This document shows positions 14,527 to 27,500 of a stretch of 64,000 nucleotides of DNA, piece by piece. The DNA comes from Tubulanus polymorphus (lineage: Eukaryota > Animalia > Nemertea). Made by a program: the position numbers and the translations under genes. A model generated the notes under the pieces. It searched no databases and had not been told where the DNA came from. It worked only from the letters and a program-made list of their open reading frames with translations. The stretch is taken from positions 5,890,001 through 5,954,000 of the forward strand of contig NC_134031.1 of assembly GCF_964204645.1 (NCBI RefSeq), given 5' to 3'. Position 1 is the first letter of the stretch, and each line of letters begins with the position of its first letter.

Positions 14527-16465
14527 TATATAACATAAACATGCTATAGTATATTGGCCTAAATGGAACCAGTCTAATAGATTTAATCACCTATCGTAAC
14601 TGCATGCCAGTCATGACTCAATAATTTCTTTTTAGTGGTATTTTTTGTCTAATGGTATTTTTTTGTCACGAACAATCGGTGTGTAACCACAGGGTTACGC
14701 GTATAGTATCCGCATAACCCTACGGTATTATATAACACCTTGGTATTATATCGTATTGTATATACTATGATTCCGATAAAGTTGATTGAAAGTTTCCCGA
14801 TCTTTTTATAACCTGTGAATCTGGTGAATGCGAAGTGAGAAGGAAGAGTTTTCAAATAAGTTAACATCTACGAGACCATCCATTTGGCACGTACGCACAA
14901 TAAGGGTCAGTGGAAAATGCATACAAATGCGTTCTTGGGAGGATAGGGCTACGTGGCTCTGCGTATGGTACCCACCTAATAATCCATTTATAATCTATTG
15001 ACCTTTAATCGTTTGTGTCCAACGATTTCGCTGGAATGTATGTTTTTTGCGCGTTCATTCTGCATTCGAATAAAAAATCGTGATTTAAGGATTTCATATT
15101 CTCTATCGCATTTTTTTCTAAAACAATGACTGCGACATCGACGATGATAAGGCATTATTTGCCCTATTCTAGAATTAATAAGCGGTACTATCCGCTGAAA
15201 ACAAAACTAAAACACATTATACTCGAATACATGTATATCATTCGTGCTGCATGCTAATAATAAGGGGAAGGTAGATTCTTGCGTACATACTAAATGGATG
15301 GTCCCTATCAATCATTACATGACAATATTAATTGCGAGTTAAATCCAATATCTTTTCCATCAATGAATATTTCTCAGTTTAGAATTTCGAGGATAATTAA
15401 GACTTGCCTCTTTAAGTCTATACCGTAATACAGAGAACGATGTAATATTCATGCGTAATCTGAAAAGCTGTCAACGCGTGGAATACACATTTTTCTAAGT
15501 AAGGTCTACAATCCCTTACCAGGGGTAGGCCTTATTGGCCATGTATCAAAAGCAAATACTGTCTGAATTGCCGACAAATCTGTTCAAATTGGTTAAGATG
15601 GTAATTAACGAAAAATCAAAAACTGATCAATTTAAATACAATGATGAATAATAAATAACTGGCTGCTTTTTTTAGATGATTTTAAGAGATATTTATCGAT
15701 TAAATCTACAATGTTTAGGCTGGAAAACATTCTTTACACACAGTTATCGGTAGTCTTAGATTACCTTAAAAACAGTCATGATTAGCTGAAAATTAGTGAA
15801 TTTCGCACCAGTACAGTCGTGATATAACAAGCTGAATCAAATTGCAGTAAGTAAGTATTTCAATAAGCCTTATTAGATATTACTACTTTGATTTCAAAGT
15901 TTATCGCTCAAACGTAAAAGTAGACAGAACATCTGATCATTTCCACTGAAAACTATCAATTTCCGTTTCGCATGTAAAAGATTTCCATAGGAAATGTCAT
16001 ACATAACGCTTTATTCTCATTTTCCCTAATTTCTAACAGTGAAGCGTGTTACAACAGAACTGCGTCTGGTGTTAACGAATCTAAATAGAATATATAGAAA
16101 AATCAATGATCGTCACAAACCAAATATCAACATTTCATTAACTCTAACTACAATTCTAATATCACAATTAATAGCTTTTAACGTTTCGTATTTTCGTTTT
16201 TACCCGTGACCAGATACCACAGTTTCAGAGTGAATAGATATTTACAAACTAATATGCATCTTTCGGCTTTTGCTTTTTCGCGAGATGAAATTGTCATAAA
16301 TTCCCGAGCAGCCCCCGCACACACTGGAATGAATGATGACAATATGAACTGAAAACAGCAGTCGTAGATTACATGTATACCTTTACATCTTTATATAATA
16401 CATATGATAATATCCATCCCTGGTAGGTGAGGGTAATATTCTTAGCAGATTAAACGGGATAAATA

Positions 16466-16626
16466 CAGTGAACCTTGGCTTACTCTGGCTTTTGACTAAC
16501 TCGGACAAAAATGAAATCATTTTTCCTGATTTGCCGACGTATTTTCCTATGCTTTACTCAAGGGTTTACTTGCTTCGGATCAACTTTGCCGGTTCCAGTT
16601 TGTCACGAGTTAGTCAAGGTTTAACG
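16466..16626 (+). mobile_element. Tc1/mariner-like MITE (CAGTGAACCT family)
   Basis: TA flanks and CAGTGAACCTTGGCT terminus; homologous to 14378-14526. Confidence 0.65.
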
Positions 16627-17967
16627 TACAATGATTCTACTACATGCATATCGATAGACTCTAGAACAAAAATGGAAAAAAAAACAGAAAAAACCGACGT
16701 TGAGATTCAAGATTTGTTCAATAAAACGACAATTTCTAACGCGCGAATTAACAAAACATAACATTAAACGGCCTATTTTTTTTATTCCTGACCGAACAAC
16801 AAAAAATATAAATTACGGTTTTACGCTACTCTGATTTGCATGATTTTAGGTGACCGTAAATGCGTGAAGTACTCATAACGCGTGGAATTCGGTAAATTAA
16901 GCAGAAGATTTTTATCGCGTCTGGAAAAAAATGTTTACGAAAAAATCCCTCTACAACAGATACAATACAATACATGTATATGTATATATAGACATATATA
17001 AAAATAATATCTTCATATGTTTAACGAACTGGATTTAACAATTTAACAACGATCCCGAAGTTCGATTAACATATTATTATATCCGTACTTTAAATCAGGC
17101 AAATAAATCTGGCAAACTGTTTAAAACTTAACACGAGATTTAATAACGCCGAAGCAGTCTCTAGCGAAGAAAACCTTCACTCACATAATGACATTCGAGA
17201 GGGCATTAAGGAAAAAACGATATAAATTGATCGCGAATAAACATCGATTATGCAATAAGTACTCGTTCGGGCATTCGGATGGCTAGTAAGTACTTCGAGC
17301 GAACTTATACACGGATGGTGGATGAAGGTAAGTACAAGTCTTATCGGTAATACACGTACTCTGAGACCGGAAGCGTAGCGACATTTTAGTTCTTTCGTAA
17401 ATTTCAAAGCAGACTATCACGTGCTGTGCGCAGACCAGAAAAGCTAACATTTTTGACCAGTAAGTTTCACTTCTACGACTGATGCGGAACTGGATTGAAA
17501 TTAGTACATATGTGAAATGCAGATATGCAAGCCAGAATGCAGAAGAAAGTCCAAGATGCAATTTTAGCCTAAATCATTCTCTAATAGATGGCCACGCATG
17601 AACTGAGAAAGAACGCTTAGTGCTCAACATTCAATTCTCAGTTCTTATAAATACTCTTAAATGGCCTTTCATTTTTTCGGATCTTTTCTAAAACGAAAGA
17701 TAAGTTATCTACCGATAGACCTTAGATATCGTTTTAACTGGCCTACTGCTAGATAAAGCTCGCCTCATGATATATACCCAAAACGAGCTTTTTAGATATG
17801 AGTAAAAGAGAACCCATAGAGAAACCTTTGTATAGATGGACCAAGCTAATAATATGACATGCTAATTACTATCAGTACTAAATAACTATTTCTAATGTAT
17901 ACCTATGTATGAGATGTTATGAATGCATAAATATCGATAAAGTTAACACGCGAGGCCGTCATACGCC

Positions 17968-20900
17968 CTATGTCTTCTCGGGAACGGAAAGAGTGACATC
18001 TTTTGGTCCATCGGTAGCGTCGTCTTCTTTACCAGCAGCCATCTACAAAATCATATTATAAAATTTGTACAACTTTGTGTAATCTTCTCTCAAAAAATCC
18101 TATTGAAATCCATGTACGAGATAAAAAAATCGAATTAATCGACAAAAAGCCATTTACAAATAAAAGAATACGTGTTTTATTGTTAAAAAGGTAACATATA
18201 TAAATTTGATTCATTTTCGTAAAGCATCGAGTACCATGAGTTTTATGAGTTTTGAATAGAATAAATGCAGACAAGTTCGATACGAATATCTATGAATGTT
18301 ACAGACATTAAAAATCTCGCGACTAAATGCATAACCTCGACCCTGTTAACAGCGGAATCGTGTGACAACTTATTCATTTGATATGATTTCGAAGTTTGAT
18401 TGAATTATTTGAACTGATATCATCTGATATAAAGAAATTGAAACTTCGATTAAATGAGAAATTTAATCAATTTGTTCGGAAACAAACTATTGGTTATGAC
18501 AAACTGATTTTCTGGTCCTGCGAAGTTCATTTTAACATCGCAAACTCCCAGGACCGGCTCAGCTCACTAACTATACATCATGGAATATCTTCCATACATA
18601 TTTCTTGTCTTTCAGCATCTAACGAACTGTAATCGATCTGGAAAAAATAAACCACAGAACAAATTAATAATTTGATACATACGAAAATGTACAATTTACT
18701 ATTATTGCAGAATGTTTCATTGGAAAAATAATAAACGACAACAGGTCTAATTAAAACACACAAGTATCATATGTTATTCTGTTAGATATATACGAGATAA
18801 ATTATCATTCCCATTAAAACAGGCTCGGCAAAGATTCGACGAAAGTTTTTAAGGCACACGAGCGTATTTTTCGCCCGATCACGGTAAATTCATTAACATC
18901 CCAAAATAATCGACCGTGTGCCCATTCACATCGATGACGCTATTATCGGCAAACTAAATTGCCCGCCGAATTGCCCATATCAAACATCTTTGATGTTTCC
19001 AACTGACGAATGATCAATTTTCATCAACCAATAGGATGCATCGTTGATATCATGAGATTTGTTAAAATGGCTGCCATAAGCGGCGTACGCTGTCGAGATA
19101 TCGACATTGATCGCTACGTATGCCTGTTCATCGATGTGCCCCTAGCTTTTGCAAATAGTGCGAACATTCAGATGGACGATACCATGTGCAATTTAACCGA
19201 TTGTGCACCCACAACCTGTTACGATAATTCAGGATAATTAGAAACCAGACATCATCAACGACGATCAAATCGCTGGTTAAATGATGCTTAACGTTTTTCA
19301 GCTGACGGGTCAGTGCGGGGGCGGGCCTTTGTTTTTATGCGTGCACGCATGATTGTGCGTGGGTGTGTATAACAATACCGGTGCAATGGAGAAAAAAAAA
19401 CAATCAACAACCATTAATTTTTTTGTTAAATCATTCAATAACTTCAATACAACGATAGTTAAGTCAAAATAACGGCTTTCGACTAATCGAAATATGACCA
19501 AAAAAATTTAATTTCAGATACATACCTATATCTCCGAATAGCTACATACTTCTTCGTAAATAGCGGATCGTCTTTTTGCGTTTGAGAATCCATCAAATAC
19601 CACTGGCATCTAAAAACCTTCCCTTCATTGCATATGATTGGAGTGTTTTCGTTGCAGGTGCAAATTTTAATCTAATCTACGAGAAGCTTAATCTAGATTA
19701 CATAACGACTTTCTGCCGTAGGCTTAACTTCATAAAGCACATGAAAGCAATGTAACAATTTGTGAACTAATTCACGTTGACTTTCTGAAGATTTTGATTC
19801 AAGTGTAGATGTAAGTGCATTCGAGCTTCGCAACAATACGGTAGCCAAATTTCACCCGAATTATTTTTTGGGCGAATAAATCAGTAACCGAGTGTCAATG
19901 GCTACCAGAAATTATCTCAACGATGAATTCTGAACGGGATACCGGAACCACCAGATGGCGCAATGAAACACTGGGTAATTTGTAGCGAATATCAGTTAAT
20001 TTTCAATGAAATTTGAACTCGATTTTAGGCTTCCTATTATGAAAATTATCGAACAAGTCATCAAATAGATGCCTTTCTTATTCGGCGTATGGTATAGATT
20101 TCACTGAAAATTGATTTAATGATGAGAAAAGTTGATTCTAATTTGATTGAAATCTAGAAGGAAGTAGAAGCGCGGTAACCCAGTGCCACTAGCGATCCTG
20201 GTGGATCATCATTGAATCCTCGCTTGCCACAGTAGCATTGCCGGTATCCCATTAAATGGGGCTAATGAACAGTAGACATCAGGACTCGGGTAACGATGCC
20301 GATTTTATTCGCACCAATCATTTTGTGTCAATAGCCGCAATCACACGAGCAATTTTGGCCCAGGCCAAATTAGGCCCGGAACAACTGATCACAAGGGTGC
20401 CAAATGGGCCTGTGCCAAATTGGACCAGACGTTTTTATTCATTTAGCTTCGATCAAATTATTGCATGTGTATTGCAGTTCGTTCTGGAAATGACTCACTT
20501 CGCATTGTTCAGCATTGAGTGAGTAGTTTCCGTGTGAACGCGCTCTCTAATTAGACACTTGCCAATTTTGACTCGGGCCTGATCCGGGCTGAATGGTCAA
20601 ATGTGATCGCGGCTAAGATCTGCTTAATGTCCGAGATTTGACGATGCAGATAACTGTATATACATTTCCTTTCCCTACTAGGGGCCGATTTCACAGAACG
20701 ACCTAAAGTTTCATCAGTCAAAGTGACACAATAGGTCATTCTTTGAAACGGGTTCCACAGTTCCATAGTTCTGGACATTACATTTCAATCTAGCGTTCTA
20801 TCTCGATTGTATACTGAACTGAAAAATTGGAGTGTTACATTGAGAAAATCAATTGACTTGCAGAATGAAATTCAACCCACAACTATGGAACGGATTCAAA

Positions 20901-21460
20901 ATCTAACCAAGTTTTGCTGAAGTCAGATATAAGTCGAAAAATGTCGCGCTATCGTGTCACCTAACCTTTCCATATCCCGACGTGCTCATTTCACTCGAAT
21001 ACATGCGCGATCATTTTCGACTATATATCTTACTCGAGCTTTGAGGTTTAGTAAAACCTCATCGTTCCAAATCGTAATGAAAATCGTAATGACGAGTTCA
21101 CTTACCAGCATGATAGCCTCGGTGTCCGCGAGGGCCTGTTTCGCGAGGAAGCGCTCTCGCTTGATCTTAAGTTCCAGACTCTCCGGCACGTCCGGTACCA
21201 TAAAATCTATCACCTTATTTATACCAAACACGATGTGCTGCAAATCGATAAAAAATATGAAAGTTTCTTTTTTTTTTAAAGCGTAGTATTTTTTTTCAAA
21301 GAGTAGCAAAGATTGGGGAGTTCAAATGAGTTTCGAATCAACAATTTGCACGTACCTCAAATAATATCACAAATCCGAGTCGAGCAGCTAACAGATGCCA
21401 ATAAAACAACGTATATTCCCCTTGATGATCACGAAATTCTTTATATCTAGAAAACAATAT

Positions 21461-21502
<42 letters not shown>

Positions 21503-24500
21503 TAGTCAATGTTAATACATATACATAATGGAAGTTTACTCAGATTTTCTGGGAACGTATTGAAACAAGATTCAGGAACGTGTGGCTTGCGTCTAGGGAT
21601 GATAATTCTCTACGATCGCATAAAAGCCGTTTCCATAAATCGTAACATATATTTATTTACCTGCATTCCTCTGTTAGTGTACCGTTAGGCGAATAAGCCA
21701 ACGTGAAATTAACATATCCCTCTAGTTTCCAGTTTTGTTGATACTGGTACATTAACTTCGGCAGAAACTCCGACGTGAATGCGATCAGGAATGCCTAGAA
21801 TTTAGAGAAACGATCGAAGTCGAGACGATACACGACATCCGCAAATGAATAAATGAATATAAGAGAAATCCAATAATAATCCAGCCAAAGATGTGTTGGT
21901 TCTTGAGAAATAGTTTTTTCTATATTTGAGCAACGTTTTGGCCGAAGACTATTAGCCATCATCAGGCGTACTCACTCAGTACACCTAATGATGGCCGTTA
22001 GTCTGTAGCCAAAATGTTGCTAAAAGGCGTAAAAACTTTTTTTCGAGAACTTTACATCTTTGGCTGGTTTATTTTTTATAGAGAAACCATTTTGAGAAGT
22101 GAGTAGGAAATCTGAGCTAGATCACTTACATTACTGATTACAGACAGTTGCGCTAGCGCGTCTAGAATCGTAAACCAGACTCCGATATCCTGACACCGGT
22201 CAGCGACAGGCCGACGCGTTTCGCAAACCAATTTCGACGCGTCCAGACGTATTTCTAGCCAGTTGTTCAGCAACGCGAATAACGGAGCCAACGGGAACGC
22301 GGCCACGAATATAGTTATGAATCCGAACTGTAGCACTATAAAATCAACATCGAAACAACTATATGAATCATTGATTCAGTCCCTGAGAGCCGGTAATTTC
22401 TTTAAACAGCCCCTTAAGAAATCCAGTCTCAAATTTTGGGTTTTATCTATTCAAAATAAACATTATACTTGAACCCTATCAGTGCATCTACACTGCAGTG
22501 CAGTGTATAAATAGGCAATGGACTTTGCTAGTTCACCGCACCGCAGTGTAGATGCACTGTAGCAGTATGCCCGTTATTCAACACACTGGGGTGGAATTTC
22601 TTAGAATTTTCAAATTATCTCCAGCACTCGATGGGTATTGATTAGTCAGCACTAAAATGGTTTCAGTAAAGTTGTTTTATATTCGTATTTCTAACAATTG
22701 GAGTCCGAGCTACGGCTTCGTAAAGTGCAACTGATTTTCTATTTGTCTCAGCGATGTTTGATCTGTGCGATGAGGTGGTAGTGAACATCACACGACTCAC
22801 GCGTCGTGGTCTGAAAATTGAGATGAAAACCCAAATATTCGTACCCATTTCTAAGTATTCCTCGAATAGACCTTCGTAATCTATCAGTTCGTAATCTTCT
22901 TCCCAGCGACTTTTCACAACATCTTTCGACGCATGTTTTATCTTTCGCTGATGCAACCAAGTTTTCAGCTTTCTACAAAAGACAAGAAATCATGAACAAG
23001 TTAATTCTTAATTGCAATGACTTATTTTTTCAACGAGACACAGCTGCCTTTCAGCAAAGCAACTAACGTTACGTGGTTAACTGACTGATCTACAGTGGAA
23101 AGCTCTACATCGGCAAAACGTCTAAAAAGGCTTCAATGCTTCTACTACTACAATATTACTGCTACATGTACTACTATTACTTCTACAGGGTGCCCACTTT
23201 CCACCCAATTACAAATCTGAGTTTTCCTGATTTTTCCATGTCGTAACACAAAATTCTCTGAGTGAATCAGAGAAATTTTGTGGTTTAAAATGTCATAATT
23301 CATCCATTATTTTGTGGTTTCATAATTCATTCATTTTCAATGAATCCTGCATTGATAGAATGTGTGGTCAAAAATAGAATATCCGAATTCCCTGAGTTTC
23401 AAGGTTTTCTGCAAAATTTGTCTAATTCCCTGAATCTTCCCTGATTTTTTCAGGTTTTTCAGGTCAGTGGTCATTCTGTTCTAGTACTACTACTACTAAT
23501 ATAACTACCATAATTCGATTTCGCATCTTTACTGAATTTCTCAATAAACGTCCAACTGTTAAGACATGAGGACTAAACGTATACTTACGGTACGATGACC
23601 TCTTGTGCATTGTTTATAACTTGTTTGCCGACCATGATAACGGCCAACTGTTGAGCGAGTTCAATTAAACAGCCTCCATTGTTACATTCTTCGTTACGTA
23701 GACCGAAGAAATGGTTGTAGTTACCCGGGTAACCAACAAACCTGCAATAACAACAAGCGGTAATATTCAATGCCATGATCATATATACTAAACCGACCTT
23801 ATCTTACATCTGTAGATATAGTAACAACTACCCCTGTATTGCATTAAACTCAAGGAACCAATGTCATCTGTTCTGTGGTTTGAAAGTCATGGGTTTGATT
23901 TGACTTCATTCAAAATATATCTTCAATTATTTGACTCTTGAGGAACTGCTTCATGTTATACGTCATTTTTACATGGAATGTGTCAGGGGTGGCCAAGAGT
24001 TTCAATCAAAACGTTAACTTTCTGCGAAAACGCCTATTCAATGTTCTTATAGAATAAAGCCCCTTTTTCAGAGCATTTATTTTCCCTGATGTGCTTTTCC
24101 TCCAATGTGCTTCTGAAAACCCCAGCAATAACCTTTTATAATTATAAGCAAAATTCAATGACAACCAAAAAATCAAAATATGCTTCAAATATCATGTTGA
24201 ATGTTCCTTCAGGTAGGCAGGTATTATCTGTATGCTGACCGTTTGAATGTACTTACCTTCCCTTGAAGAAAGCTATGTAAAATATTGACGAGTAAAAATT
24301 GACGAACTGAAAGATGAAGACTTTAAATGTGAGCTGATCTTCAAATTCTGACTGCGTACGATGCATTTCTGGAATAGGGAAAAAAAGAAACAAATCTTAA
24401 CTTTGCGAATGAATGCCGACAATATTTCAGGCACAGGTATTAATTTTGTTTCTGATGTATGTTCTATGACTTAACAGCATACACAGGTCCACCCGTATTC

Positions 24501-27500
24501 AAACAACCCCATGGCAAAGCACGGCCAGGCCATCAGTTCAAACTCTGCACTGTATGGAAGTTTTCCTGGTTTCCCTAGTGTCACTCATCCTAATTGCCTC
24601 TCTACAGAGGAGCCACTTGGTACCTGGCCCGTACTATCACACAGAGACGATTTAGAGAGCGGGTTCATACCCATACCCGATACTACACAATGCTTTAAAA
24701 CAAAGCGAAGTGAGTCACTTCCGAAACCAGTTGCTATTCACAGGCAATAATTTGACGGGTGCTAAAATTTGGCTAGAGTCCGGACTGACGTTTTTGGTCG
24801 GGCCAAATTAGGCCATGGCCAAAAATGCACGTGTGATCGTGCTTATAGTGCAGCTTGTATGCTACTTCTCCCCCAGCAGACATGGCACTGCAGATACGGC
24901 GTATACGTAGGCTAGTATGAGTCAATCATTAATCAAATTGTGGATATTTCCTATTACTATTTCATACTATTTTACACAATTATCTTGTATTGACATTACT
25001 AAGTATGAGTATCATTAAATATCACATTTTGGATAATAGCACTCATTCTATACTATCATTGTCAATTATAAATGATAGAAAAGCTTTCCAGGGTTGCTCG
25101 CTATTCATTCAAAAGGCCACGACAAGTACAAACGAACTCACCCCACTGCGTCAACTTCAGCGCTAACTTTTCGTACACTTTTCCTAACGACATGATCAAT
25201 ATTAGATTGACGATGGCGGCTGTCATGCTGGCAATAGTCGTCGCTTGTCCGCGGAATGTTTTATTTTGGAAGAGCGGGATACTTATCAACGTTCTATACA
25301 TAATAACGGCGATGATGAAAATCAGCACGAGAATCATCTGGAAGAAAAATATAACGAAAATAATGAAATAGAACCAACAAGCCAGAGGCGACGGCAGTTC
25401 TTTTCGGGGCTCAGGCTTGAATCTGGAACCCCGAAATTATCACGTTTTAGTTCCCATTGCATTTTGAATATGTCTTATCTAGGGCCAATGGCTACATTTT
25501 TCCAAGACAACTTTTTGCATTTCGATCAAATTCCTCGGTTATGAAGTCATATATGAGGTCATATATATATGGGCCCATTCTTTGCACCGCACAACTAGAC
25601 CCCCTTACTAACATTGATCCCAAGTTTGATCAAGATCAACCCACTATTAACAAAGCTAAGGACAGACACACATACATACAGACAGACAATACGAAATTAA
25701 GGGTCTCATGACGGAAGCCCGAGAACCAATATGGAAGATACTCGTAATCGGAAACGCAGTTTTTACGATGGACGACCCAAGCCAATAAAAGTCTGCGGCT
25801 AGGTCTAGTCTGAATCGATTTCAACCATTTCATGTCACTGAATGCGGTGATTTGGATATTCTCGGAGCCGCCCTTGTTGGATACATGGATGAAAACCAAG
25901 ACATGGTCGCGCACTAATATCATGAAGACTATCAAACCTACATCAATACTGTACAATTCACAATCTGACCTGTATTATGGCTTTCAAAGACTCTGAATCA
26001 TAACATGCTGAATCATATTTGGGGAGGATTAAAACCAGTGAAATTCTCTATACGTACCATGATGACTATACACGCTATACCAGACAGAATTCGAGGCAAT
26101 CGATCCCGTTCTGGGAAATGCGGCTCCAGAATTCCGGTGATCGGATTTTTCTCGTAAGTCGGTGCCAGTGCAGCGTACTCGGGCCTCGGTCTCTCCTACA
26201 AATGAGACATTTCGGATTAATTCTCAGCCCAACAAAGTTTATTTTATAACGCATACGCTTAAAATTAGGAGTGGTCTTAAGATTCAAGCCTAACGCACAT
26301 GACACAAACAGACAGGGAAACACAGAATCAAACATGTTTGTTTCCGAAACCATGTTTCTCATTCTTTTATCTTAAAATAGGGATTGACCCTGTCATTTAT
26401 TTGATTGGTAGCTTTCGTTTGATTTGTCTTGATTTGGTGTTTCTCATTAACAAACACGAGAAACGCTCGGAAACATGTTTCCATCTCCTGTTCGAATGTT
26501 TACCCGCGTCCTGTGCGTTGGGCTCTAGGGATAAGTCTAAATTAGAACTGGGCCTAGTAAACTGCGGAATAGTGCGCAACGTTTTAATGCCACGAAAGGA
26601 GCCTTGTACATTTTTTGCATCGATACGTGAGCTGAAGAAATACGAACGAGTAGGAAATAGGTAATATTCGATAGCAGAAAGATTACGTATATGAAATGAT
26701 GCTATCAGAAAATAATCGATATTCATTTCAAAGATGGAAAGGCATCAGTCGAAGTGTGAAAAAACTAGTAGAATAATTTGTACATATGAAATGTTATTCT
26801 AGATTTAAGCTGTGATGCTAGATCCAGTTCCAGTTGTGGGTTAAAATTTGGAAATGAATGATACTTTTCTAAAATATGGAGTCAAATCTATAGCACAGGG
26901 GCGTTTCACAGAACAACTTTCAAATGACTATCGAAACTTTAAAAGTCGTTCTACGAAACGGGCGCGCCCTGGATTCTGAATGTTTTAGTTGTTAATATCA
27001 GTCGAAGTGAAAGAGTTGCTACTATTTTCAAACACGATACCAAATCATATTCTTCAACGGAGAAAACTACTGAAAAATAAGCCATCACTGATTACACACA
27101 CGTCAAAACTTGAGATTTATGATAAGAAAAAATTTTTTTACTTAATTCCCTCGGTAGATGTTGATACATTAGATTTTTCAGAATCAGGTGCCAGTTATTT
27201 CTGTCAGTTCTGCTGTAGGTATTGTAAGTTAAAACTGGTGTACAAAACAGCCCAAGATCTTTATTTGGCTTCAATAGTGAAAACTTACTTCATCTTCTTC
27301 AAAATCAGTACAATCCCAGTGATGCGCCAAACTCGCTGTTTTACGTTTCCAGTATTCTAAAAACGTCACAGCTGAAATTCAAATAGAAAACAAACAATCA
27401 GTTTTAACGCTGAACAAAAGATCCACGGTAATGGATATTACACATTAGGTTTCATAGACCACTGGAAACGTTCAATATTTCTGATTGCCTTAGTTATCGT

